A stretch of 64,000 bases of DNA. Origin: a virus (lineage: Duplodnaviria; Caudoviricetes). Of this stretch, positions 8,587 to 19,398 are shown piece by piece. A program made the translations under genes and the position numbers. The stretch lies in the IMG/VR virus record IMGVR_UViG_2868569063_000004, positions 32,001 through 96,000 of that record; one strand, 5' to 3'. Under the pieces are notes generated by a model. The model was not told the origin of the DNA. It did no database searches and saw nothing but the letters and a program-made list of their open reading frames with translations. Every line of letters begins with the position of its first letter. Positions within the stretch are counted from its first letter, which is position 1.

Positions 8587-11118
8587 ACCCCAGTTCATAG
8601 CATGGCTAACAAGCATACCGCCGACTCCGGCTAAGGATTTATTAAGTCCCAAACCATTTAAGAGCCCTACAGCGCCGTTGCCAACATCAAGCAATCCTTT
8701 AAAAGTATTAGTACTACCTTCTGATTGCCATAACTGTGACCAAGATTCTTTAATTTTAGTTGTTTTTGCTTCGATAGAATCAAGGTATGTATTAAGCTCG
8801 TTCTGAGCTGAATTTTGATAATTATTTGCGGAATCATTATAAACATCTGTAAGCAATTCAGGATGCTGCAATATGGATGCAAGAATATTACTTCTATTTT
8901 TTCCTGCCATCATTTCAAGCAGAGCAGCCTGTCTATTCTGACCATCTGCCAAATCTTGCTTACCAATATCATCCCAAACCTGAGAGATATCTTTTAAAAT
9001 ATCATAAGTATCTCTATAGTTTCCATTCATATCAAGAATAGAAACTCCAGCCTTACCGTTAACGGCAGTAAGAGATTTAATATTTGAATTAAGTTTAGAA
9101 GTGGTCTCTACAAGACCTTCTGTATCTTCACCCATAGAAGATAATTCTTCAGCAGAAGTGCCTCTAAGTCGTAATGCAATTGTTCTAAGACCAGCACCTA
9201 CCTTCGATGGATCCTGCACTACACTATTTGCTGCCGTAACAAGAGCAACTGACTTGTCAAAGTCGTTCCCCGCTGCTACCAATGCTGAACCTGAATCCTG
9301 TAAAGCAGTGGCAATTCCGTCTGTAGAAATTGCATAGTTGTTACCAACAAGATTCATTTTATCAACGAGATCCATAGAATCATCAACTTTTACGTCGTAT
9401 GCTTTCATCATGGAAATCATAGCGGTTGTTGCATCATCTATAGATCCGAATTCTGATACATTTTTTAAAATACCTGTATTTTTAGCTAAAGTCTGAGATT
9501 CATTTAAGCTATATCCAAGACGAGAAAAATCAGCAGCACTACTAGTAATCTGAGTGGTTGTACTACCAATGTCTTTGGCATCAGTTCTAGCCTGAGTAGT
9601 AAAGTCTCTATATTCTTGTTTTGTACCATCTGATGTTTTCTTAAGTTCAGTCATCGCTGAATCTAATTCTTTTATTGATTCGACACCGGATCTGACACCT
9701 GTTGTTAATGCTTGGAATCCAAAATTACTTACAAGATACTGGCTAAGACTACGGAACTTTTGTCCCATTTCAGAAATATAACTAGATAAAGGTTTTACAC
9801 TTTGAGTAACTTTAGTAAGAGATTGGTCAATATTACCTGGACCATTTTTATATGCTAATTGATATTTTTCAAATACACCAGACCCTCTATCAATAGTAGC
9901 ATACATTTTACCTTGTGCTGCATTAAACTCTGTTGTGTATTTGCTTCCTTTTGCCAGATCTGCTGACATTTGTTCCATCTTAAGACGGACCTTATCAGAT
10001 GCTGGATCTAAATCTGTACCAATATATTCTGAACGGCTATATTTATTTGGAATACGTGAGAAAAACTGATTAGTATTACCGAGATACCTAGCTTGACGAT
10101 TGGCTTCAGAGCGAAGAGCAGCAAAACGTACTTGCTCAGTGTCTCTTTCGTCTCCAGTAAGAGTCGCAAGACTATCACGAGATTTTTTTAATTGCTCATA
10201 TGTATCATTGAAAGATTTTAATCTTTCATCATAACCTTGTCCTAGAGTTTTATCTAATGGTTTACCATTGTTAGGATTATATACTTGAGCCATTTTATTG
10301 AATGTCTTCTGTTTCTCACCCAAATTAGTGATAACTTTGTCGTATTCTGAAGCACTCTGAGTCATTGCTTTGTATGCTTCTTGATTCTTAGCCTGTGCTC
10401 CTCGAATGTCAGATGCAGAAGTAACCCAATCAGAAGCAGTACCTTGATTTTGTATCTGTCTAGCCAGCTGAGAATTTCTATGTCCTATAGTTCTCTTTGA
10501 CTGTTTATAAGTACTTTCATCAATAATCCCACTTACATACTGTTCCTGTAGGGTTCCTATTGTCTTCATATTTCTCTTAATTTCAGCTTGAGCTTGTCTA
10601 AGAGTAATGCCTGTAGATCTTGCAGTATTAGAAGAACTAGTGGTTTCTCCAACAACTATTTTACCGTCTTTAGTTTTTATATTGTCTCCAACAGTAAGCT
10701 TAATAGAGCCCATGTTTTTAGCTGTAGATTTTATTTCATTAAGTTTGGCTAAAAGTCCATCAAGCTCCCCCATAATACCTTGATTTACGGAAAGTTTTAC
10801 TTCTCCTAGATCAAGCTTGTCCTGGTACCTTGACAGCTTACTGACTGTATTAGCCATAGATTTTAAAGCTTCTTCAGGATTTACCATCTGTTCTACAAGA
10901 TTAGATCCTTTAATAACAGGAGTATTTTTAGCGGCTTTGGCAGTTGCTTTACTTATTGTTTTTACCGCTGTCTGTGCATTTTTAGTTAACTGTTTAGTAT
11001 TACCTAATTCCACACCTAGTTTAATGTGCTTCTCTTTTAAAGAATTAATTCGTGTTTCTAATGCATTTAGCGCACTGTCTTCAACTTCTACACCAACGTT
11101 TATTATATAATCAGCCAT
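8587..11118 (-). CDS. Tape measure protein, exon 1 (844 codons; TP901-type core)
   Basis: ELDSAMTELKK...DFSRLGYSL...KVGAGLRTIALRLRG core; follows the tail genes. Unspliced ORF runs 8 codons into the intron. Confidence 0.92.
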
Positions 11119-11132
11119 TTTCTCACCTCACT

Positions 11133-11588
11133 TTATAAACCAACAGAATGTAATCCGCTGATAACAAATTTTGTTGCTTGCCCTTTGGCATGCATTTTTC
11201 TAGCACGAAAATATTGTTCCCAATAATTTCTGATAGGAGTTATTTTTTTACGAAATCCATGATTACCTGTTTCAAATCCCCAAGAAAAAACTATTTCTGG
11301 ATCACCTTCCAATGGTTCCCATATGCCATGTCCTCCAGACATATGGCTTGAATCAAATCGTGCTCTAAGCTCTGCACTTCGACTATAAGCAAAGCCTGTA
11401 ATTGTATGAATATTTTTTAAATCATAAAGTCTATAACCATCCGCCCAAGAGGAATAGTCATTATAATATTTTTCTTCTGACTGTTGTGCATCTTTTTCCA
11501 TCTTAGGCTTGTAGTCATTAACAAACTGCTGTAAACCAATAGTTATTCCCTGGTCAATCAGCTTTCTTAACTGTGGAATTGTCCCCAT
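11133..11588 (-). CDS. Hypothetical tail-region protein
   Basis: 151 aa, coupled within the structural operon. Confidence 0.7.
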   Translation of the reverse strand: MGTIPQLRKLIDQGITIGLQQFVNDYKPKMEKDAQQSEEKYYNDYSSWADGYRLYDLKNIHTITGFAYSRSAELRARFDSSHMSGGHGIWEPLEGDPEIVFSWGFETGNHGFRKKITPIRNYWEQYFRARKMHAKGQATKFVISGLHSVGL

Positions 11589-12069
11589 CTTTTACATCAG
11601 CCAACTTTCGTAAATAATCTAACTGTTCCGGAGTAGCTTCTTTAAAAACATTTTCTAATATTCCAAATAATGCACTTAATCTATTAGACATAGAGTTAGT
11701 AAATGAAATACGAGCGGAAAGTGTTTCTTCAAACATAGCAACCATATCTCCATAATCAACACCAATCATTTCAATAATTTTATCTAAAAGACCAGAAGAT
11801 ACTAAGGCATCATAAGCATCAAGACCTTCTTCGTCTTCGTAGGTGAGATTAGTATAGATAACCACACATGTCAGAGAAAAGTTTAAATGCTTATTCATTG
11901 GCTCATATGTAAGAAGAGAAGTATCATATTCAATAATACTTTCAATAACTGTATCTATAAGTGCTCGTTTAGTAGCAAACGGCACATAATTTTCAACTTC
12001 AAGTTTTTCTAAAGCCCCTACTGGGTTCTCTTTATATTCTTTTACAAATTCTAAAATATTAATTTCCAT
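11554..12069 (-). CDS. Hypothetical protein, possible tail assembly chaperone
   Basis: 171 aa, acidic; located upstream of the TMP. Confidence 0.6.
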   Translation of the reverse strand: MEINILEFVKEYKENPVGALEKLEVENYVPFATKRALIDTVIESIIEYDTSLLTYEPMNKHLNFSLTCVVIYTNLTYEDEEGLDAYDALVSSGLLDKIIEMIGVDYGDMVAMFEETLSARISFTNSMSNRLSALFGILENVFKEATPEQLDYLRKLADVKDGDNSTVKKAD

Positions 12070-12541
12070 CCTTTTTTCCCTCTTTCTTCCTTGCTCTTTT
12101 TAAAGCTTCATTTTCATCCCAATCGATCCAACCAGTAGACTTAGTATGAGTGATCCATACATAATCCAAATCAGGATAGATATAATACATCAGTTTTCGT
12201 TTAATCTTGGCAGAAGGATCAACCATTCCACCTTTAGTGTCGTAGACACGTTCACTTCCATCTGAGTATTTAACCCAAAAGTCAGCAACATAATCTATTG
12301 CACGTATAGTCTTTCCATTATGCTTGAAAGACGGTTGTAATTTATATTTTTTTTGTAGTTCATAGTCTATAATTTCGCCAGAGTCCAATCCAGTGCATAC
12401 GATGTCTTCATAAAATCTTTTCTCTAATAGAGAATCGAAACATACTTCTTTTTCTGTTTTCCTATCTATAACAGTACGATTCTGTTTACCTTTAGTAGTT
12501 TGATCGACACCATATTTAGATCTTTTTTTATAGTTCCTCAC
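12059..12541 (-). CDS. DUF1064-family PD-(D/E)xK nuclease-like protein
   Basis: FDSLLE...YKLQP...IDYVADF...YDTKG; likely GTG start at 12541 with SD GGAG. Confidence 0.8.
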   Translation of the reverse strand: MRNYKKRSKYGVDQTTKGKQNRTVIDRKTEKEVCFDSLLEKRFYEDIVCTGLDSGEIIDYELQKKYKLQPSFKHNGKTIRAIDYVADFWVKYSDGSERVYDTKGGMVDPSAKIKRKLMYYIYPDLDYVWITHTKSTGWIDWDENEALKRARKKEGKKDGN

Positions 12542-12545
12542 GTTA

Positions 12546-12755
12546 TCACTCCAAAGTATAATTTTGATATTCTTTGTAATACGGATAACTTTCTTTTTTA
12601 TCAAACAACATTACAATCACATCTGGACTATAATAAACATCTAAAGGTTTTAATCCATGTTTGAGGTAGAGTTTCTGTTGATTTGGATCAATAATTTTTA
12701 CTGCTTGAACAGGATCATAAGGAACTCCTTTTAAGTTAGGTATTACAATCTCCAT
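12546..12755 (-). CDS. Small hypothetical protein
   Basis: 69 aa; SD GGAGG. Confidence 0.7.
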   Translation of the reverse strand: MEIVIPNLKGVPYDPVQAVKIIDPNQQKLYLKHGLKPLDVYYSPDVIVMLFDKKESYPYYKEYQNYTLE

Positions 12756-12822
12756 TTAATTCCTCCGAAAAAAAATAAGGGGAAACTGCAAAAATAGTGC
12801 GGCTTTCCCCTCAATAAAATAT

Positions 12823-13128
12823 TTAATTTTCCGTCACTATTTTTTTAGTTTTTGCTTTAGGCTGTTCTTCTTTCATAATTTCATTTACTTTATCCTGAAT
12901 AGGTTTAGTAAATTTTGTTTTATGAGTAACAGCATCAGCCAATTCTTTTTTTGCATCCTCTTTGGTCACATCACCAGTATTGTATTTAGCAATAATGTTA
13001 TATACTTTTCTACATTCTTCTGTATGAAAAGCTACCATCCAAACAGGTTTATCTGCATCTTTAGTGCACTTAGGACAATACTCATAAGTAGTGCCACAAG
13101 TTACACAAATTCTTGGTTTTGATTTCAT
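12823..13128 (-). CDS. Zn-finger-like hypothetical protein
   Basis: CVTCG...YCPKC...HTEEC. Confidence 0.75.
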   Translation of the reverse strand: MKSKPRICVTCGTTYEYCPKCTKDADKPVWMVAFHTEECRKVYNIIAKYNTGDVTKEDAKKELADAVTHKTKFTKPIQDKVNEIMKEEQPKAKTKKIVTEN

Positions 13129-13157
13129 TGAGTATTCCTCCTTTTTCTCATTAGAAA

Positions 13158-13178
13158 TACCCCGGATGAACCGGGGTA
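13158..13178 (-). terminator. Terminator after major tail gene
   Basis: TACCCCGG-atgaa-CCGGGGTA. Confidence 0.6.
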
Positions 13179-13192
13179 TAACAACTTAAGGA

Positions 13193-13993
13193 TTACTCCT
13201 CTACGTCGTCCTCTGTCATTACAATGTAATACAGCGGAGAACCTGTCTGACAATAATCTCTCTGAGCTACACCAGAGAATGTAATTGTGCTATCTGTTTC
13301 AAGTGTCAGATCGCAATCTGGTGCTACCTGGAAACTTGGGAATACGATATAAGCTGCACGAACTACATCTACAGAACATGTGTCTGCAACAAGAACTTTC
13401 ATTGTAATAGAAGAAGTAGTCGGGAACTTATCAGACTCATTAGTAACCTTAACACCACTTTCTGTCTCATATTCATATTTAGCAATAAGAGTACCTGTTA
13501 CTCCAGTAGGAAGAGTAATTTTTCCGCTATCTTCAGTGTATACAAAAGTATCAGCAGTAGGAGCAGCAGTAGTAGAAGCAGTATAAGCTTTTCCTAATGT
13601 GCCGTTTGCTTCCAGAGCATAAAGCTTTGTAAGTGGAGCTTTCGGTTTCAGCTTTTCAGGAATTGTATATTCCTTAATGCCAGTTGTATCAATATGTAAG
13701 ATTTTTGGTGCAAGAATCTTAGATTCTTTTGAAGCAATAATCTTATCTGTGCCAAATGTCTGAGACAGCATAGAGAATGAAAGTAAGTTACAATCAGCAG
13801 ATACTTCTACAGATTTGGATGTATAGAATCTCTTAATCAGTACACCAAGAGCATCTGTTTTATCTTTACTTTCAGAAGTTGTATTAATAGAAACATTAGA
13901 TAAATTGTTTAACAGATAGAGTAAATCTCCATCGCTATTTTCACCAACAATTTCTAAGACTCTATCAATAACCAGAGAATCAAAATTTGCCAT
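13193..13993 (-). CDS. Major tail (tube) protein
   Basis: 266 aa, Thr/Ser-rich; strong SD; followed by terminator; operon position. Confidence 0.7.
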   Translation of the reverse strand: MANFDSLVIDRVLEIVGENSDGDLLYLLNNLSNVSINTTSESKDKTDALGVLIKRFYTSKSVEVSADCNLLSFSMLSQTFGTDKIIASKESKILAPKILHIDTTGIKEYTIPEKLKPKAPLTKLYALEANGTLGKAYTASTTAAPTADTFVYTEDSGKITLPTGVTGTLIAKYEYETESGVKVTNESDKFPTTSSITMKVLVADTCSVDVVRAAYIVFPSFQVAPDCDLTLETDSTITFSGVAQRDYCQTGSPLYYIVMTEDDVEE

Positions 13994-14014
13994 AATATTT
14001 TCCTCCTTGATTTA

Positions 14015-14815
14015 TTATTCGGTTTTAGTGACTCGTACATTGCTCGAAGAGGAGTACTCATTAGATAAGTCACGCAACCAATTTAATTGTTTAAGTAGAT
14101 TTGGATTCTTAGACATATCAACCATTCCGCTGTACATTCCTGCAGAGATGGAGGCAGCAGTATTAATGGCCTGAATCCTTTGAACAGAATCTAAAAATGC
14201 ATAGATTCCAAGACTTTTAAGACTGTTAATGTCATATTTAAAACCAGGACTATTTACCATAGATGAAATTAAAGGCAATAAAAAAGAACCCGGAGAGGGT
14301 TCTTGAGAAGCTTCTTTTACTCTTTGAATTTTTTTTCTTCTATCTTCATCTACTAATAGCTGTAAGGTTTCTTTGTTTGCAGCTCGTTCACGCTTAGGAT
14401 GAATATTGTGCATCTCACGAATGAAAGATATCATTTCTATGTATATATCACGAGTAATTATTAATTCAGTATTTTCATCATAAAGCATTATATTATGAGT
14501 TTCCGGATCGACTAAAGGTGCCATATCTTTCAATGAAATAGTATCACCTAAAAGAAGACAGGTATCTTCAACACCTATATCACGAGTAAGAAGTATGAAT
14601 AAATCAAAATCATCCAACTTACTATAGTTATAACCAAGATCCCACAATTCAGACTTATAATCAGAAGGTATAGAACATATTTTATAAACTACATTAAAAT
14701 AATGATTTTCTCCATATTTAGCTATATCAAGAATAGAAGGTTGATAAATAGTAATCTGATCATTAATTTTAAGGTTCTCACCTAAATAAATGAGAAGTTT
14801 ATCCATAATAATCAC
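14015..14815 (-). CDS. Hypothetical tail-module protein
   Basis: 266 aa in the structural operon. Confidence 0.7.
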   Translation of the reverse strand: MIIMDKLLIYLGENLKINDQITIYQPSILDIAKYGENHYFNVVYKICSIPSDYKSELWDLGYNYSKLDDFDLFILLTRDIGVEDTCLLLGDTISLKDMAPLVDPETHNIMLYDENTELIITRDIYIEMISFIREMHNIHPKRERAANKETLQLLVDEDRRKKIQRVKEASQEPSPGSFLLPLISSMVNSPGFKYDINSLKSLGIYAFLDSVQRIQAINTAASISAGMYSGMVDMSKNPNLLKQLNWLRDLSNEYSSSSNVRVTKTE

Positions 14816-15365
14816 GACCTAACTTATCTAAGCGATTACTCTTAAGCCTATTTTGAATATCATTCGGAGCAGTCTGTTCAAAATACATATTCCTATAGTA
14901 ATAACCATTTTCAGCCACTTTGCCAGAATCATATGTTTTTATTAACTGCGTACCTAATATGTTTGACCATTGAAATCTTTCTTTAACTAAAGCTGCTAGT
15001 AAATCCTGTCGATCAATACCCCAAATAGTACTGACATCATCCTGGTGAGCTATAGTTCTAAAAATAATTTGTTTAGAAACCATAATATTATTTGAGTATA
15101 CAATTTCAGTGTCATTTACTTCAAAACAAATAAAGTTTTTGACTTTACTTTGTGCATCTGGAATCTTTAAAAAAGAATAAATATTTACATTATAATAATC
15201 TTCCGGACACGCATTAACTGCTTGAAGTTCTTTATTATTTAAGATTTCAATAATATCTGAATCTTTGTATAAATCCTCTAAGATTTTTCTCTTATCATAA
15301 GAAATACTGTCAAATCCCTGTTCATTTCTACAAGAAAATAATCTATCAATACGCTCTTGATTCAT
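14799..15365 (-). CDS. Putative tail terminator/completion protein
   Basis: 188 aa; operon position. Confidence 0.55.
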   Translation of the reverse strand: MNQERIDRLFSCRNEQGFDSISYDKRKILEDLYKDSDIIEILNNKELQAVNACPEDYYNVNIYSFLKIPDAQSKVKNFICFEVNDTEIVYSNNIMVSKQIIFRTIAHQDDVSTIWGIDRQDLLAALVKERFQWSNILGTQLIKTYDSGKVAENGYYYRNMYFEQTAPNDIQNRLKSNRLDKLGRDYYG

Positions 15366-16429
15366 CGCATCACCTCCAATTCAATAGAAGATGGTTGCTT
15401 ATTTGGAAGAGTAGCAATAATCTTTATTACTTTTCCTAAATTATTATAATTTAACAAAGCTTTGATACTTAACGTATTCTTACCTTCAGAGATTTCAAAG
15501 TCATTAGATAATTCTTCTACAGATAATTTGTTTCCATTGAACTCATAAGACCAAATGACAGATTTATCTTTAATATCACTCGCAACTGAAATAGTTCTTT
15601 TAGAGCCTCCAACACGTAAAGCTCTATTAGTACCTGAACATGATAAAACAATGTCCTCTATTTCTGGCTCTTGAGGAATAACCGGAGAGTCATAATAGTC
15701 ACATATTTTTAATTCAACATTATCTGTAACTTTATTAAAATGATCCTGTTTAAGCGTTACTTTAGTTACTCCGCATGGGAACGTATCTTCTAGTTTTGAC
15801 ACTTCAAAAACTAAAGGTCTAATCATAGAATCACTCAACATGAAACGATCATTATAATCAATTGTTTGCGTAGTTGGAGTAGTAGGGACAATAAACTGTG
15901 ACTGATTATCTACTGATGTAAAGAAACCATCGCTCCATACGCCACTGTTGTAGTTGTTGCGGTTTCTTAATACACCAAAACAACTATAAATTTGTTTATT
16001 CTTTATCCATTTAAACATCCAATTACATTTAAGAATGTTATATCTTATGAAAGAGTTTTTATCATTCTTCCCTAAAATAAGCCATAGCTCATGAACACCT
16101 GTGTTCTTATCCGGTATTTCAAGATAAAAACCAAAACGTTCAATACTATCTTGGTCCATATATTTCTTTTCAGGGAAATAGCCAGGTCTGAATTGAGCCA
16201 GATACTCAACCTGGTCCTTATTGATTGTATAGGTTTGAGAATACTGATATTTGATTTCAACATCTTCTAAGTATTCCATAGTCCTAGAATATAGCTTACA
16301 TTGTCTGTAACCTAAGTCATTGGTGAAAGTTTTCTGCATGATTTCGTCTGACTGAGTACGAATACTGTCTGATACAGTATTACCGCATAAAGCCATTCTT
16401 TTTTTGAAAATATCACTCATGGTTATCAC
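15362..16429 (-). CDS. Putative head-closure/neck protein
   Basis: 355 aa; position after the adaptor. Confidence 0.55.
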   Translation of the reverse strand: MITMSDIFKKRMALCGNTVSDSIRTQSDEIMQKTFTNDLGYRQCKLYSRTMEYLEDVEIKYQYSQTYTINKDQVEYLAQFRPGYFPEKKYMDQDSIERFGFYLEIPDKNTGVHELWLILGKNDKNSFIRYNILKCNWMFKWIKNKQIYSCFGVLRNRNNYNSGVWSDGFFTSVDNQSQFIVPTTPTTQTIDYNDRFMLSDSMIRPLVFEVSKLEDTFPCGVTKVTLKQDHFNKVTDNVELKICDYYDSPVIPQEPEIEDIVLSCSGTNRALRVGGSKRTISVASDIKDKSVIWSYEFNGNKLSVEELSNDFEISEGKNTLSIKALLNYNNLGKVIKIIATLPNKQPSSIELEVMR

Positions 16430-16727
16430 CTATTTTATCTATGATAGAATGAGCATCAAAAATTATTTTTCTATATTTTTGATGGTTGAAATTAGGATTA
16501 TTAAATTCAAGTTTGGCGCATTCTATTGTATTAGCCAAATCAATTATATAAGGTGATGGGATTAATTCAGCTAATGCTGCAATATATAATTGCAAGTTAT
16601 TAAAATAATTGTTAAGTTTTGGATAAGAGTTTTCTTGATAGATTAAAAGCCAATGAATTTTATTATGTAGTAATTCTATATAATCAGAGAACTGATTGTC
16701 ATTAAAAGTTCCATATTTATACTTCAT
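16413..16727 (-). CDS. Hypothetical neck-region protein
   Basis: Starts MKYKYG; overlaps neighbouring genes. Confidence 0.65.
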   Translation of the reverse strand: MKYKYGTFNDNQFSDYIELLHNKIHWLLIYQENSYPKLNNYFNNLQLYIAALAELIPSPYIIDLANTIECAKLEFNNPNFNHQKYRKIIFDAHSIIDKIGDNHE

Positions 16728-17166
16728 TCTGATCACCATCCAGATAAGAATTACTTCTGGAAGAGTGATTCCTAAAATATTTTCTGGCTTCCTTTTTATA
16801 TTTCTTTTGAATACTCATAATATAATTGGCATGTTCTTTTTGGCTGGTCCATTTTTCATCTTTCGAACCATAAAACATATTAGTATGCTCTAAAGAATTC
16901 AAACGAATATCATACCAAGCAACGACCATATATAAAGCAACGACTTCTATTTCACCATTAGTAAGGGTGTCCTCGAATTCGAACAGAACATCATTTTTTT
17001 TCGTTAAATCATGTTCTATTTTTAACTGGTCTAATTCAATCATTGCAATAGCACTATTTAGCCATTCTAAGCACAATTCAGTCCAGTCATCAGACGCTAA
17101 TTTTAATACTTTTATATCTTCAACTTTATTTTCAAATCGTTTAAATACTGTTTCATAAGAGGTCAT
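16717..17166 (-). CDS. Putative head-tail adaptor
   Basis: 149 aa helical protein (MTSYETVFKRF...LTNGEIEVVA); position. Confidence 0.6.
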   Translation of the reverse strand: MTSYETVFKRFENKVEDIKVLKLASDDWTELCLEWLNSAIAMIELDQLKIEHDLTKKNDVLFEFEDTLTNGEIEVVALYMVVAWYDIRLNSLEHTNMFYGSKDEKWTSQKEHANYIMSIQKKYKKEARKYFRNHSSRSNSYLDGDQNEV

Positions 17167-17176
17167 AGAACACCTC

Positions 17177-17713
17177 CTAAATCATTTTTTCTAACTCTGT
17201 ACCACAAATTTCATCTACAGCACGTACTTTCTGAATAGAATCAAATGTACCATTATCCAGTCTAGTTGCTACCTCAATTTTAATTGCTGTTTTAAGCCCC
17301 TTAGGAACTTCAGCAAGTGCTTTCTTAAACTGAGCTGGTGAGAGAGCAAGAAACTGATTAATATCAGAAGCATCATAAAGATTATCATAAAGATCTTTTA
17401 CATCTTTCCATCTAGGATCCTCTAATAATTCATCATTCTCAATCTGGAAACATGGATCATAAATATATGGGGATCGGCTAGATTTAAGAGAGTACAAATC
17501 TCTATATTCTACTTCACGAATATCTCCATATCCATCCCAACGGTATAGAATATCACTTTGTTTACCAGGCATAAATAATGTTCCCTGCACTAAAGAACGA
17601 CATTCAATAAGTTCGTTCTGTTCAAACTTTTTAGTAGTTTTAACAGGAGCTGTTTCCTTTGTAGTATTTTCAGTAGTAGCAACAGTTTTTGTTGCAGCTC
17701 TTCTTGTTGCCAT
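17177..17713 (-). CDS. Hypothetical head-region protein
   Basis: 178 aa directly after the capsid gene. Confidence 0.7.
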   Translation of the reverse strand: MATRRAATKTVATTENTTKETAPVKTTKKFEQNELIECRSLVQGTLFMPGKQSDILYRWDGYGDIREVEYRDLYSLKSSRSPYIYDPCFQIENDELLEDPRWKDVKDLYDNLYDASDINQFLALSPAQFKKALAEVPKGLKTAIKIEVATRLDNGTFDSIQKVRAVDEICGTELEKMI

Positions 17714-17737
17714 GTTATTACTCCTTTTTAATCAGTT

Positions 17738-17762
17738 AAAGAGGTGGTAATTCCACCTCTTT
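17738..17762 (-). terminator. Terminator after capsid gene
   Basis: AAAGAGGTGG-taatt-CCACCTCTTT. Confidence 0.65.
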
Positions 17763-17772
17763 AAATAGTTTT

Positions 17773-18852
17773 TTATTTAAGTGTCCAAACTCCGAAACGC
17801 TTTCCAATAATTGTGGCCACACCCATTTTAATCTGATATTCATACTCAATAGTTTTATCCATATTTGTATTTCCATCAGATACTTCTTTAATCTGAGCGT
17901 CGCCTTCATTGTAGATCTTGATAAATTTGTTATCAGCTACTGGCATAATCAGAAGTTTAGTATTATCTACTAACTTTTTACTTGTGTCATTGTTAGCAAA
18001 TCTCTGTGGAATTTCAACAAGACGAATACCTTCAAACATACCTAAACGGCCTGTAGTGTGTCTTTCATCTTTCATTGCATTAGATACCCAAGTAATATCT
18101 TCCATAGCAGAAAGTTTTGCAAGAGCAGATTTGGTACCCATAACAACTACTTCATCACCTGTAGCCATCTGTACATCTTCAATCAGAGTCATAAACTCAT
18201 CTTTTGTAGCTGCTGCAAGTGTACCTGTCTTATTAAACTGTGTAGACGGGAGAACCTTCTCACCTGCTGCCATTACAGCCGCATATACCATATCGTTAAT
18301 TTTCTTGTCAAAAGCTTCATAGATTTTCTGTACGAATCCAGCCCAGTCAATACGACCTGCCATAAACAGCTCATATTCTGCGTAAATTTTAATTCCATAC
18401 CATGAGGTTCTAACAGAGAATGTCTGTCCTTCTGCCAGACGCTGTCTAATAATATCATGGTGATTACCGGAAAGCTCAGACACTGTCAGAATAACTTCAT
18501 CTGGTACATAAAATTCATTAGTATCACCGTCAGCCATAGATTTGATTTCTACAAATTCATTGAAGAATGGGTTTTCTCCCCAACCAGAAACAAGCAGATT
18601 CTCTACTGTCTCTTCGATAATTTCAAATACATCAATTTTATGTCTACGAATAGCTTTTCTAAGTTCTTTTCTTGAGCAGTTTTCATCTACTCCAAGTACA
18701 GAGAACATAATCTCTCTGATTTTATTATTAGCATCTTTTGTAGATACTTTTTCTTCTCCCTTAGCTGTGTCAAACATAAGCTGGGAGTACTCTGCATAAT
18801 CATTTTCAGCAAAAATATTTCTTACTTCATTACTTGAAAAATTAAGTTTCAT
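17773..18852 (-). CDS. Major capsid protein
   Basis: 359 aa; follows scaffold and decoration genes; terminator downstream. Confidence 0.8.
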   Translation of the reverse strand: MKLNFSSNEVRNIFAENDYAEYSQLMFDTAKGEEKVSTKDANNKIREIMFSVLGVDENCSRKELRKAIRRHKIDVFEIIEETVENLLVSGWGENPFFNEFVEIKSMADGDTNEFYVPDEVILTVSELSGNHHDIIRQRLAEGQTFSVRTSWYGIKIYAEYELFMAGRIDWAGFVQKIYEAFDKKINDMVYAAVMAAGEKVLPSTQFNKTGTLAAATKDEFMTLIEDVQMATGDEVVVMGTKSALAKLSAMEDITWVSNAMKDERHTTGRLGMFEGIRLVEIPQRFANNDTSKKLVDNTKLLIMPVADNKFIKIYNEGDAQIKEVSDGNTNMDKTIEYEYQIKMGVATIIGKRFGVWTLK

Positions 18853-18870
18853 TATGTATTCCTCCTTTCA

Positions 18871-19344
18871 TTAACCAATTGTCAGCTTTTTGTCTGCTAC
18901 AGTTACAGTTGCACCTTTAGTAGGAGTACCACTAAATCCTTCAGATGATACTTCAAACACATCACCTACATAAAGCTCATATGCTCGAACGATGTCACCA
19001 TTTGCGTTATAGAAATTACTTTCATGTTTAAGAGCGGTAGTATATTCTTCGTATAACATTGGTACCTGGAGCAGTAACAGAGCATCTCCTGGTGTTTTAA
19101 CTTCTACATACCAATTTCCGTTAGCTGCTTTATCCAGTACTACACCAGCAAAACCAGTAGATTCTTTAGCTTTATAAGTCTCCGGTTTGATATAATCGCC
19201 TTTTGCAACAATTGATCCGTTGTCCAGATCTTCTTCAATCTGAATGTTATAAATATGACCTGCAATAGTAGCTTTCAGCTTAGAGCTACCAGCAACAGCG
19301 TGTTTTTCAGCAGTGGCCATAAATTTCTGAAAATTAGATGCCAT
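18871..19344 (-). CDS. Putative capsid decoration protein
   Basis: 157 aa, beta-rich; between scaffold and capsid. Confidence 0.6.
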   Translation of the reverse strand: MASNFQKFMATAEKHAVAGSSKLKATIAGHIYNIQIEEDLDNGSIVAKGDYIKPETYKAKESTGFAGVVLDKAANGNWYVEVKTPGDALLLLQVPMLYEEYTTALKHESNFYNANGDIVRAYELYVGDVFEVSSEGFSGTPTKGATVTVADKKLTIG

Positions 19345-19398
19345 TTTTATTTCCTCCTTTAAATATTTTTAGGCAATAAAAAAGAGCTATTTGATAGC